Shown: piece after piece, positions 10,630 through 19,848 of the stretch
Position numbering within the stretch: position 1 is the first letter of the stretch
Layout: each line of letters opens with the position of its first letter
Source: Bacillota bacterium
GTDB lineage: Bacteria > Bacillota > Bacilli > Paenibacillales > Paenibacillaceae
Length of the DNA: 64,000 bases
Direction: 5' to 3'
NCBI GenBank assembly: GCA_051750645.1
Contig: JBNJJW010000023.1
Coordinates: forward strand, 7,921 to 71,920
Notes under the pieces: generated by a model
Database searches by the model: none
The model's input: only the letters and a program-made list of their open reading frames with translations
What the model was told of the DNA's origin: nothing
Position numbers and translations under genes: made by a program

Positions 10630-10720
10630 GCAACTATCCTGCCATTCGTAACGAGGCCGCCATTCAATCCGCAGTGGCTTCGTTGTTTATTTTATCGCAC
10701 TATCGTACCCGTTAAAATAA
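10630..10720. repeat. Paired recombination-like sites with central hairpin (degenerate)
   Basis: CAACTATCCTGCCATTCG - GCC.C..GTGGC hairpin - CACTATCGTACCCGTTAAAATAA. Confidence 0.7.
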
Positions 10721-10803
10721 CATGGTTTGTCAAACGAAAGCAATTTCCTAATTATGAATAATAATAAATTTCCATGGAAATTATATCTGCGAGGTGATTT
10801 CAG

Positions 10804-11235
10804 TTGAAAAAGCTTGTAAAGTATTCACTCCCCATTGCATTTCTTGTTCTGGCTTCGGTAACTCAAGCTTTACCAACCCATGCCGAACCAAAAGAAAACA
10901 TAGTTTATAAAACAACATATGCAACAACCGAAAACATTTTTTTAGATACCATACATCCTGAGTTAAATAAATTCGTTCTGAACAAGTATGGTTCTCTAGT
11001 GCCTTGGGCTGATTCCAACATTGTAGAAATAAAACGTCTTGTAAGTCCCACTAAATTTACTTATCAAGTAAAAATAATGTTTAAGGTCTTCGGAGAAGGG
11101 GGAAAAGATTGGGGTATTGACCAGATCACTCTAAATTATGATTCCCATTATCATAATAAAGAATTAAAGGACCCTTCATTAAAACCTGAAATTGAATTGG
11201 TTGAATACCAGCATGTTATACCAATTCCAAAATAA
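10804..11235 (+). CDS. Exported hypothetical protein (DUF3888-like)
   Basis: Signal peptide ending HA|EP; resemblance to DUF3888 is from memory only. Confidence 0.7.
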   Translation: MKKLVKYSLPIAFLVLASVTQALPTHAEPKENIVYKTTYATTENIFLDTIHPELNKFVLNKYGSLVPWADSNIVEIKRLVSPTKFTYQVKIMFKVFGEGGKDWGIDQITLNYDSHYHNKELKDPSLKPEIELVEYQHVIPIPK

Positions 11236-11547
11236 TCAGTAAAGGATACGTTTAAAAACGTGTCCTTTTATTTTGTTATTTCCCTACTTCCCTACTATCT
11301 TTCATTGCTGTTAATGTTGTTTATTGAGTTATGACTTGATACCACCACCATAATAAAAAAAATGGAATACAACAGGCAATCAATATTAATATAACAAGAG
11401 CCTTATTTTTTACTTGTTTCATGTATATCCTCCGTTAAACAATTTGGCCTTCTTATTAGACGAATCACTAAACTTTTTTCCATTTAGTTGAACGCAAAAA
11501 AAGTTCCCTCTCTACATACGGTTAGAAGCCTGATTAAGTTATTTAAG

Positions 11548-11997
11548 TTATAACTTTTGTAATGCTTGATCGATTAAATTGCCAAACCTACTCTGTCGGT
11601 TATCAATATCATCTGAATGAGTCCAATAAATAACCATCACATTCTTTCGCTCATAAATGTCGGCCACCGCCATTTTGTATTTTTCCTTCTGTTTAATAAA
11701 TTCCAAATGTCCATCTTTACGTGCATCAACTGAATCAAAGATGTAAATAAAAATTTGCTCTAACGGACGAATTTCGTGGTTTACTACCACATAGCGGTTT
11801 GCTTTAGTTTTTTTTAGAATCCAATCATCTGTAATTTGCTTCGGATTCATTTCCATGCCTGTGGATCGAAAAGAATCTTCAACTTGACCTATATTTAACA
11901 AAAAAGGATCAACTGGCTTGTCAGTTTTTGTACACCCTGCAAGAAGTAAAAGTATAATAACTAATAACAACTCGAATTTTATTTTCATATTAACCAT
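11548..11997 (-). CDS. Lipoprotein of unknown function
   Basis: Lipobox LLAGC. Confidence 0.8.
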   Translation of the reverse strand: MVNMKIKFELLLVIILLLLAGCTKTDKPVDPFLLNIGQVEDSFRSTGMEMNPKQITDDWILKKTKANRYVVVNHEIRPLEQIFIYIFDSVDARKDGHLEFIKQKEKYKMAVADIYERKNVMVIYWTHSDDIDNRQSRFGNLIDQALQKL

Positions 11998-12070
11998 ATC
12001 CTATATGTTATTTTATTTGACATTGATTTTAACATCCCCTTTCCCTTAATACTAATTCCACATTTTGTTA

Positions 12071-12104
12071 TTAAGTTATTCTGCTAGTTAGCTGAACGGG
12101 CAGG
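12071..12104. repeat. Solo recombination-like site
   Basis: TTAAGTTA-TTCTGCTAGT-TAGCTGAA followed by CGGGCAGG. Confidence 0.5.
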
Positions 12105-12438
12105 CTTTAGTATGGTAACATCCGTTATCAAAATGTGCGTGTTTCCGGTCGAATTGATCCCCATAAAATACCTGAACCATCGTTCTACCGTTCAAAGTCA
12201 AAACATCCTCTTGATACAAACCGGTATGATTATTTGTGATCATCATCATCACGGAATTATTACGAGCTTAAGCTTTATAAATACCTTTAAATTCTTTTCC
12301 ACAATAAACAAAACCGATTAAACCGAATGAAATATTGAAATACGAAAAAGAACCAACAGAGTAATCTGGAGGCTCTTTTATTTGTCTACTTTGCTGCGCC
12401 TTTTCGTCCTTACTCCTGAAATAAAAAACCTTACTATT

Positions 12439-12849
12439 TTATTGAAGAGGATTGTTTTGATATGTCATTGCGGCAGCCTGCGCCTGTTGAATTTTTTGTT
12501 GTGCCTCTTGAACGTCTTGTTGTTCTTGCTTTACCTGTTGTTGTGCCTGTAATACTTGTTGAATTTCCGTTTGCAGCTGTTGTTTTGCTTGCAATAATTG
12601 TTGATTTTCTAATTGTAACTGTTGATGTGCCTTTTGAACCTCTTGTTGTGCTTGTAGTAATTGTTGATTTTCCTGAGAATTAGCAGCTTGGATATTTTGT
12701 AACAGTTGCTGTGCTTGTTGCAAAGTTTGTTGAGCCTGTTGCATTTGCTGTTGATTTCCGCTATTTTGCACTTGCTGCACAGCTTGTTGAGCCTGTTGGA
12801 CAGACTGAAAAGCTTCTTGTAATAACTGCTGTTGATCTTGTTTTACCAT
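12439..12849 (-). CDS. Glutamine-rich low-complexity/coiled-coil protein
   Basis: Start MVKQDQQQ after a GGAGG RBS; heptad-like QQAQQ/QLQ repeats. Confidence 0.75.
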   Translation of the reverse strand: MVKQDQQQLLQEAFQSVQQAQQAVQQVQNSGNQQQMQQAQQTLQQAQQLLQNIQAANSQENQQLLQAQQEVQKAHQQLQLENQQLLQAKQQLQTEIQQVLQAQQQVKQEQQDVQEAQQKIQQAQAAAMTYQNNPLQ

Positions 12850-13259
12850 ACAAAAGCCTCCAATAATTATTATTTTCGCACTTAAATGCACCAATAATTA
12901 TCGTGCTCATAATAATATTTTTTATGCTTTTGATTAATTGAATTTGGGCAAACTACGAACTCTTAGTATATTAGCGATCAATCTACACCCAAGTGAGATG
13001 TTTCGTGCAGGGGCTAAGTTATGAACATTTTTATGGGCTACGCGGGCGCTGCCATAAGGGTAGTTCCTGCAGACAACACTCCAGCTGCTATTAACGCGGC
13101 TGCCGCCGCTTTCTTCCACTTTTTCAATAGAATTGCCTCCCTAGCACTGATCGGGTACTATAACTTTTCAACATTCATGAAGGCTGTGCATGATTGGACT
13201 TGAACCCGCACCTTCTTCCGCTATAGGCATATATCTATAAGATCAGGTGATGATCATGA

Positions 13260-14567
13260 TTGTTAACCAACAGTGGGAGGCTATATATGATACAGAACCA
13301 TAATGGGCAGATTCTCCGTCAGCAGTCCTCTTATCGACAACCGTTTCACAATCTGCAGAATCCCGTTTCAAAAGAAGTTAATCCAATAGGACGCTATCAA
13401 ATGATCTTCCATTGGAACCGATTAGATTGGAATTTTCCTGACCTAAGGATGAAGCAGGAATTTGAAGCCAATCAATATTGGAAAAAGGCGATGCCTGCCG
13501 GAGTAAAAGTAGACCAACAAGGCAATTATTACGTTTCAGTGCCCCGCTGGGCTTATGGCATCCCTTCCACTATGAATCGGATCATTATCAAAGACGGAAA
13601 ACCGCTCTTGGAGGCTTTCCCGAGTTGGGAATGGAATCAAGCGGGGAATGTCAATGTCCTTCAATCCGTTCTTGGTTATGAAATCGATGAATGTAACCGG
13701 ATGTGGCTGCTGGATCAAGGGAAGATCGCCTACACACCTTCTCCGGTAGGGTCGCAGAAGCTGGTCGTCTGGGATTTGAATACCAATCGGATGATCGACT
13801 CTATAATCATCCCAAATGAGATTGCGCCGTACGGGACATCTTTTTTAAATGATGTGGTCGTGGACAATAAGAACGGTTTTGTCTATATTACCGATTCCGG
13901 TTCCGGTTGGCCGGATCACCCGCTTAACGGCGGAATCATTGTGTACAACATGAGGACGAGAACGCTCAGACGGGTGCTCGATCGCCATTACAGTACACAG
14001 GATTTTCCCGATTTTCATTTTCAAATTGACTATAAGCCGGTATTCAAGGATAAACCTCTTCGAATCGGAGCTGACGGCATCGCCTTATCCGCGGATCGTT
14101 CCACTTTGTATTACTGTCAGGTCACAGGGCGAAATCTATATGCACTTGATACTTCGCTGCTACGAAACTTTAATACACCCTTAGAAGAAATCCGAAAGGC
14201 AGTAAGGGCCATTGGCAGCAAGCGCACGACCACCGATGGGATGCACGCGGATAATAAAGGAAATGTCTTCTACACCATGCTGGAAGGAAAGGGAATAGGC
14301 ATCTATACACCTTCCAGCCATACATTCCATGATTTTGTGTCTGACGATCGAATGCTATGGGTCGACGGGGTCGCTTTTGATCAAAAGGGCTCCATCCTTT
14401 TTAACAGCAACCGGCTTCACGAGATGTTTGGGGGCTACGAGATCGATTGGAGCTATCCCTATAACCTCATCATTTGGAAAGCATTTGTTGGTCATGATGT
14501 AAAGTCGTATTTGTATACGATTGAAAAAAGTGAGCCAGACTTTTACCCTGCACAGACAACTGTATGA
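13260..14567 (+). CDS. Major royal jelly/Yellow-family (L-dopachrome tautomerase-related) beta-propeller protein
   Basis: YVSVPRW, SVLGYEID..NRMWLLDQG, FLNDVVVD, ADGIALS, LYY motifs. Confidence 0.88.
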   Translation: MLTNSGRLYMIQNHNGQILRQQSSYRQPFHNLQNPVSKEVNPIGRYQMIFHWNRLDWNFPDLRMKQEFEANQYWKKAMPAGVKVDQQGNYYVSVPRWAYGIPSTMNRIIIKDGKPLLEAFPSWEWNQAGNVNVLQSVLGYEIDECNRMWLLDQGKIAYTPSPVGSQKLVVWDLNTNRMIDSIIIPNEIAPYGTSFLNDVVVDNKNGFVYITDSGSGWPDHPLNGGIIVYNMRTRTLRRVLDRHYSTQDFPDFHFQIDYKPVFKDKPLRIGADGIALSADRSTLYYCQVTGRNLYALDTSLLRNFNTPLEEIRKAVRAIGSKRTTTDGMHADNKGNVFYTMLEGKGIGIYTPSSHTFHDFVSDDRMLWVDGVAFDQKGSILFNSNRLHEMFGGYEIDWSYPYNLIIWKAFVGHDVKSYLYTIEKSEPDFYPAQTTV

Positions 14568-14620
14568 ATCACCATTATTTGTAGTGCGGTTCACCGCGCT
14601 GTCTGTAACGTAAAGTTTTG

Positions 14621-14658
14621 AAGAAAGACCATCCTGTGCAAAGGATGGTCTTTTCTTT
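14621..14658 (+). terminator. Rho-independent terminator
   Basis: AAGACCATCCT-gtgca-AAGGATGGTCTT followed by a T-run. Confidence 0.75.
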
Positions 14659-14678
14659 GAAGCAAAATGTAAATAACT

Positions 14679-14723
14679 CTAAACTATCGTACCCGTTAAC
14701 ATCCATGCCGCACAAAGCGCGGC
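14679..14723. repeat. Recombination-like site plus small hairpin
   Basis: CTAAACTA-TCGTACCCGT-TAAC; core identical to 10700-10714; GCCGC..GCGGC hairpin follows. Confidence 0.7.
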
Positions 14724-14796
14724 ACCACAGAGAATGAAAGTTAATCCGTTCTTTCATAGTAGTTTAGTGCATACATTAAGTTTTACTTTGACTTTC

Positions 14797-15681
14797 TTAT
14801 TGAATTTCGAAATCTGCAGCCAACTTCACACTTATATCCGTCATGAATCCATTGAAACTCTTCACCAGTCGGTACCTTCCTGGTTCAAGCTTTTGTGGTA
14901 AAACAACCTTTTCCACGTAAGACTCACTAGGTCTTGCCTGCATTGCGATGGTAACTACAGATCTGTCATCAGGAACTAGGGTCCATCCCTCAGGTTCTTC
15001 TCGGTAGATCGCATATCCATATCCAAAATACAGGTTGGTCGGACCTGCATTATACAGGGTCAATTCGGTTTGATCAGATCCTACTACCGGCGGTTTAACG
15101 GAAAGGCGCGCGTTAAGTTCATGTGCTGGCACAAAAAGTGGAGCAAGAAACGTGTCCTCTACAACGTTCTCAGCTGATAGAATTTCTATGCTGAACAGAT
15201 AATTTGTATCGGGTTGTTCGGGCATCTGGTAAGTGAAATCTAGTTGTCTTTTATCGTTTTTACGATTGTCCACTATATACTCCTTCAAAAGCTCCACCCG
15301 ATTCCCCTCCTTGTCTCGACTTGTGATTTGAAAACGGACAGAGCGCCTTTCTGGAACCTTACTGAATCCGGTTCCTACATCAGTTCCTGCCTGTCTTACT
15401 GGGGATGGGGTGGAAGTCAGGATGTTGAAGCCATTTTCTCCCTCGAACCATTTTCCAGTCCTGGGACCGTACTCCTTAGCAGATGCAAGTGCGCGATCTT
15501 GCGAGAGCATTGAAGAGACTTTTAACGTGTTTGGGTCGCCTACAGTATCTGTTAATAGAACAACAGTTGGATCGATCGCTTGTGAGGAGGTGTTCTCTAA
15601 ATCTGAACTTGTTTTATTTCCGCATGCAGATAAAATAAAACCGAATATGATAATCAAAAGGATTCTTCGCAAAACAATCAC
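14797..15681 (-). CDS. Lipoprotein with C-terminal immunoglobulin-like domain
   Basis: Lipobox LSAC; C-terminal LYNAGPTNLYFG...LEPGRYRLVK Ig-like pattern. Confidence 0.75.
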   Translation of the reverse strand: MIVLRRILLIIIFGFILSACGNKTSSDLENTSSQAIDPTVVLLTDTVGDPNTLKVSSMLSQDRALASAKEYGPRTGKWFEGENGFNILTSTPSPVRQAGTDVGTGFSKVPERRSVRFQITSRDKEGNRVELLKEYIVDNRKNDKRQLDFTYQMPEQPDTNYLFSIEILSAENVVEDTFLAPLFVPAHELNARLSVKPPVVGSDQTELTLYNAGPTNLYFGYGYAIYREEPEGWTLVPDDRSVVTIAMQARPSESYVEKVVLPQKLEPGRYRLVKSFNGFMTDISVKLAADFEIQ

Positions 15682-16096
15682 CTCCTGTGGACAAGAATGT
15701 ATATCCTTTGATGGGGGTGCTATTATTAATGAGATAATAATCGTCTTCTCCTGACAAGTTAGCCGGAAGCTGCAATTTGATTTGATGTTTATTGTCTAAT
15801 GACATAAATCTTATCTCAATCATGACAAAAATCAGTTATCATTCGCGAATTTGACAAAAAAGTGTTGTCATTAAAATTAACTTATGATAACACTTTTCGT
15901 CATTTTTCTTCTGATATGACAACTGAAATTGAATTCGTGTTGTTTACCAGGCAGATCCCAACCAATGGAATTCAAGCGCTTACGGCCTATTCGGATAACA
16001 TCAGCCAATTTTTCAGATGGTTCATGACTAAATGAGCCGGCCACATCGCTGATTCTCGCTCTCACCGGCTCGCCAAGCTCGCCTGCGCATCTCACT

Positions 16097-17278
16097 TCAA
16101 TCACCTTTCGTCTCCTCCTTCATTGGGATATCTGTCAGAACGAACACGGGGGTCTGGCGGTCAGTCGCCGGATCGGCGGCCGCTTCCTTCGGCAAGCGCA
16201 CCTCGAACACCGTACGGACCGCATCGCTGGAAGCGGAGATGGCGCCTTGATGCTGTTCGACGATGTTCTTCGCGATGAACAGGCCCAGACCGGTGCTGCC
16301 TTCCCGATGGGTCCGCGCCCGGTCGCCGGTGTAGAACATATCGAATATATATGGCAGCTCCTCCGCGGGAATGCTGTTCCCGTAATTCACCACTTGAATG
16401 ACAACCTCTTCTCCTTCCGGATGAGCGTTGATTTCGACATACAGGCCGTCTTGTCCATACCGGATGGCGTTGGACAGCAAATTCTCGAATACCCGCGCCA
16501 GCAGTTCTCCGTCGCCCCGGATCATCAAATGGGCGGCCACATTGATCCTGGACGTCAGATTGTTTTTCTCCAGAGCAGGATATAATTCTTCGTTCAGCTG
16601 GATGAGAAGCTCGCTCAGATCGACGGGCTTGCGGTCAATCGTCAGCTTGCCGTAATTCAGACGGGTGATCTCGAACAGTTCGTCGATCAACCGTTCCAGG
16701 CGCTGCGACTTGGTGTAGGCGATGCTCGTATAGTGCTTCATCTGTTCAAGGGTCAATTGGTCGTCCCGGAGGATGAAATCCAAATAGCCCAGGACGGAGG
16801 TCAGCGGCGTGCGCAAGTCATGGGCCAGATTAAGGACGAGCTGCTGCTTGCTGTTCTCCGCGAAGTCTCCCCGCTCCAGGGCATGATGCAGCTTCTCCCC
16901 GGCCAGATTGATGTCTCTCGCGATATCCCCGAATTCATCCTGGGACTGAATGACGACGCGGATGTCGAACTTCCCGTTGGCCAAATGGTGGATCCCGTTC
17001 GAGATCTCGCGGAAATAGGCCACGTACGGTTTGGTCAGCAGCAGGAAAAACAGGATGGACAGCGGAATGAATATCAGCAGGAAGAAATTGATGTCCCCGA
17101 TTTCCCGAATGAGGTCGCGGACCTGCCTCAACGGATTTTCCCGGAGAATCGTATGGTAATAAAGCTGCAAGGCCTTGTAGCAGGAATAGGTTATGATGCC
17201 GGAGAGCAGCATGCTCAGCCCGAACAGCATGATCATCCGAAACCGGAAGCTTCGCAGCAAGTCAGCCATTGAATGCAT
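16097..17278 (-). CDS. Sensor histidine kinase, VanS-like
   Basis: TM-HAMP, H-box LAHDLRTPLTS, N-box NLLSNAIRY, G-boxes STGLGL. Confidence 0.95.
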   Translation of the reverse strand: MHSMADLLRSFRFRMIMLFGLSMLLSGIITYSCYKALQLYYHTILRENPLRQVRDLIREIGDINFFLLIFIPLSILFFLLLTKPYVAYFREISNGIHHLANGKFDIRVVIQSQDEFGDIARDINLAGEKLHHALERGDFAENSKQQLVLNLAHDLRTPLTSVLGYLDFILRDDQLTLEQMKHYTSIAYTKSQRLERLIDELFEITRLNYGKLTIDRKPVDLSELLIQLNEELYPALEKNNLTSRINVAAHLMIRGDGELLARVFENLLSNAIRYGQDGLYVEINAHPEGEEVVIQVVNYGNSIPAEELPYIFDMFYTGDRARTHREGSTGLGLFIAKNIVEQHQGAISASSDAVRTVFEVRLPKEAAADPATDRQTPVFVLTDIPMKEETKGD

Positions 17279-17966
17279 ACCCCACTCCCCAAACGGTTTT
17301 GATCAGCTTGTTCTTGTTCACGTCCTCCCCGAGCTTCTTCCGCAGGGTGCGAATGTGAACCATGACCGTGTTGCTGCCCTCATAATAAGCCTCTCCCCAC
17401 ACCTGTTCGAAAATATGCTCCGAGCTGAAAACCTTCTTCGGATGGCTGGCCAAGAGATACAAGATATCGAATTCCTTCGGCGTAAGCTCTACGGGCTTGC
17501 CATAGAGGAACACGGTCCGCTCCTCGGGATAAATGACCAATCCGCCTGCCTCCAGCGTTGGCTTGCCTGGCTGGGAGGTCGGATTGGACTGCAGGGAGCG
17601 CCTTAGCTGGGCATTGACCCGGGCCACCAGCTCCATCGGGTTGAAGGGCTTGGTGACGTAATCGTCCGCCCCTCTGACGAGCCCTGTGATCTTGTCCAGA
17701 TCGGACGCCTTGGCGCTTAGGAAGATGATGGGCATCAGATGCTGCTCCCGTATCATTCTCGTTACCTCATATCCGTCCAGCTTGGGCATCATGATATCCA
17801 GAATCGCCAGATCGATGGCGTTGGACTGTACGGCAAGGACCGCTTCCTGGCCGTCATGGACCTTGATACAGCGGTAGCCCTCCCGCTCCAGATGCAGCTC
17901 GATCAAATCGGCGATTTCCGCCTCGTCGTCCGCAATCAATATGGTGATAGACCTCATAGCTTCCAC
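17262..17966 (-). CDS. OmpR-family response regulator, VanR-like
   Basis: REC domain (ILDIMMP, GADDYVTKPF) and winged helix (IKTVWGVGY). Confidence 0.95.
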   Translation of the reverse strand: MEAMRSITILIADDEAEIADLIELHLEREGYRCIKVHDGQEAVLAVQSNAIDLAILDIMMPKLDGYEVTRMIREQHLMPIIFLSAKASDLDKITGLVRGADDYVTKPFNPMELVARVNAQLRRSLQSNPTSQPGKPTLEAGGLVIYPEERTVFLYGKPVELTPKEFDILYLLASHPKKVFSSEHIFEQVWGEAYYEGSNTVMVHIRTLRKKLGEDVNKNKLIKTVWGVGYAFNG

Positions 17967-18014
17967 TCCAGCATGTCATAGGATTCATTAGTAATATTGT
18001 AACAGATTTTCGCC

Positions 18015-18512
18015 TTATGCAGGTACGCGGGATGCGGCGCGGCGCAGCATGAGGAACGACATGAAGCCGAGCCAGCCTCCGAAAGAGTTCAGAATCAAAT
18101 CATCCACGTCGAATTGTCCGATCACATACAGCAGCTGCGCTCCTTCCAGGCTCAAACTCAGGGCGAAGGAGATGAAGAGCGCGCCTCCGGCGGATATCTT
18201 CCTTCCCGCAGACAGGAAGCCGAGCAGCAACCCGAACGGCATGAAAATCAACACATTCCCGAACAGGTTGACCAGTCCGTGAACGGATGCTTCATCCACA
18301 GACCGGGTAATTTCCGCGAAAGGAATGAGATTTCCGTTATGGAGCCGCCACAGGATCCGATCGGGGTTGTGTAAGCTTATCTTCATCTGGTCCCAGAGCA
18401 CGTTCAGCTCGACGGGACGGAATTTGAACAGGATGATCTTGATCTGCACATATCCGTACAGGATCAGCATCAATTGAAGGATCACATCATTCAACCGTCT
18501 TCTCACCGTCAT
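18015..18512 (-). CDS. vanZ: VanZ-family membrane protein
   Basis: NLIPF, NLFGNVLIFMPFG, E.AQ..G.FDVDDLILNS.GG motifs; start moved to ATG 18512 after an AAGGA RBS. Confidence 0.85.
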   Translation of the reverse strand: MTVRRRLNDVILQLMLILYGYVQIKIILFKFRPVELNVLWDQMKISLHNPDRILWRLHNGNLIPFAEITRSVDEASVHGLVNLFGNVLIFMPFGLLLGFLSAGRKISAGGALFISFALSLSLEGAQLLYVIGQFDVDDLILNSFGGWLGFMSFLMLRRAASRVPA

Positions 18513-18568
18513 GTCGGTCACATCCTTATCTCGTTGTTTGCGGTCATGCTGCCGATCAGGACTTCCGT

Positions 18569-19453
18569 TCAGGACTTCCGGTCCGGACATACGGTTACGA
18601 TGACACCGTCCACATTGTTGCCGGAGATCTCGTAACGGCCGTTCGACGGAATCTCGATCGTTGTGCTTTGGGTAACGGGATAGTAGGAGATGCTGCAGGT
18701 CGAATGATCGACCGTGACGGTTACCGACTTCCGGTCCTTCAGGTAATCCAGATATTCCTCCAGCACCCAGCCGTTCTCCTGCATGACGGCGCTGTGAGGC
18801 AGCCCGACATAGCGGAAATGCCACGGCTCGTATTGGATACCGGTAATGTCCGTCTTGTTCTTCGGATAACGGAGGATAAACCCGTATTTCCAGGCGTTTT
18901 GTTTCAGCCATTTCCCTTCGGGCGCCTTGTCCATCTCCCCCTGCTCCGAACCGATGTCGATCGAGAGTCCCAGGTTGTGTTCGCTGTATCCGGCCGGCAT
19001 GGCATAATCCGCCCCCATTTGCTTATAGAGTTGGCCTTGCTCCACATGGTTCCGGTAGCCGCTTGTGATCAGGAAGCGGTTCACCCCCTCCTGCTCCGCC
19101 GCTGCGACCATGGTGGAGAATTTCTGCACCATGTCCTTGGACAGCTGAATCGTACGGTCCAGCAAGCCGAAGCTCTTCACCAGCTCCTGATGCTTGGACA
19201 GGAAAACCGCATTCGCCTCTTCGCCTCCTGCGGGAACGGGATGATTTTTGTTGACCAGCAGCAAGTTCCCTTTGTAAATCTGATTCTTCAATACTTTGAT
19301 CCGCTGTCCGTCCTTCGGTGATGCATCAGCCATCGCCGTCTGCACCTGAACCTCTATGTTCCGCCCTCGCCCGGCCGTGTCCTCCGGAATGTTCCGAACC
19401 ACCCCATACGTCAGCAACCCTGCGACACCCAGCCAAAACAACCACTTCTTCAT
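18569..19453 (-). CDS. vanY: M15B D-alanyl-D-alanine carboxypeptidase, VanY-like
   Basis: LLVNK, TSGYR, GYSEHNLGLSID zinc motif, YEPWHFRYVG. Confidence 0.92.
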   Translation of the reverse strand: MKKWLFWLGVAGLLTYGVVRNIPEDTAGRGRNIEVQVQTAMADASPKDGQRIKVLKNQIYKGNLLLVNKNHPVPAGGEEANAVFLSKHQELVKSFGLLDRTIQLSKDMVQKFSTMVAAAEQEGVNRFLITSGYRNHVEQGQLYKQMGADYAMPAGYSEHNLGLSIDIGSEQGEMDKAPEGKWLKQNAWKYGFILRYPKNKTDITGIQYEPWHFRYVGLPHSAVMQENGWVLEEYLDYLKDRKSVTVTVDHSTCSISYYPVTQSTTIEIPSNGRYEISGNNVDGVIVTVCPDRKS

Positions 19454-19547
19454 TGGTGTTCCTCCTAACCTATGGTTCGACTCTAGGATAGGAAAAACTC
19501 TTTAAGAAAGAAGTAGCGTAAACTTAAAATATTTATTAAATTCCTGC

Positions 19548-19680
19548 CTATTCCGGCAAATCCATCTCCAGCAAGTGCTTCCAATATCTTTTCGGCATGT
19601 GGGACATTCGGGAGCCGGGGATTGATGCGCCCTTCGACGGCTATGGCATCATAGAATGTCTTCCATAACCGGCGGTACCC
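19548..19680 (-). pseudogene. C-terminal remnant of DUF4130 / TIGR03915 putative DNA-repair protein
   Basis: RLWKTFYDAIAVEGRINPRL, then a 1-nt insertion, then RMSHMPKRYWKHLLEM-stop. Confidence 0.7.
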
Positions 19681-19791
19681 AGGCGCAGACCAAGAAAGCC
19701 GCCGAACAAAAGGCGATCAAGGACCAGATGCTTGGACGCCGGGCGCAGGTTGACATTTTGATACTTCGCATTGGATAATCCTATTTAACAA

Positions 19792-19823
19792 CAAATTGGG
19801 CTGCCCTCGGGCAGCCCAATTTG
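19792..19823. terminator. Strong hairpin downstream of the 740-aa gene
   Basis: Perfect 15-bp inverted repeat CAAATTGGGCTGCCC-tc-GGGCAGCCCAATTTG. Confidence 0.75.
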
Positions 19824-19848
19824 AGTTGTTTGCATCCATTCCAAACTG

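Noticed and set aside
13180-13225. tRNA-like GGTTCAAGTCC on the minus strand
   Set aside because: T-stem does not close (only 2 bp) and there is no acceptor, D or anticodon arm
16247-17606. Long plus-strand ORFs opposite the kinase and regulator (similarly 27593-28786 opposite araA and 47494-48624 opposite the ABC ATPase)
   Set aside because: Antisense shadows of GC-rich genes; no RBS and no recognisable domains
18513-18911. N-terminal extension of the 298-aa VanZ ORF
   Set aside because: Overlaps vanY in another frame; a better RBS and start lie at 18512
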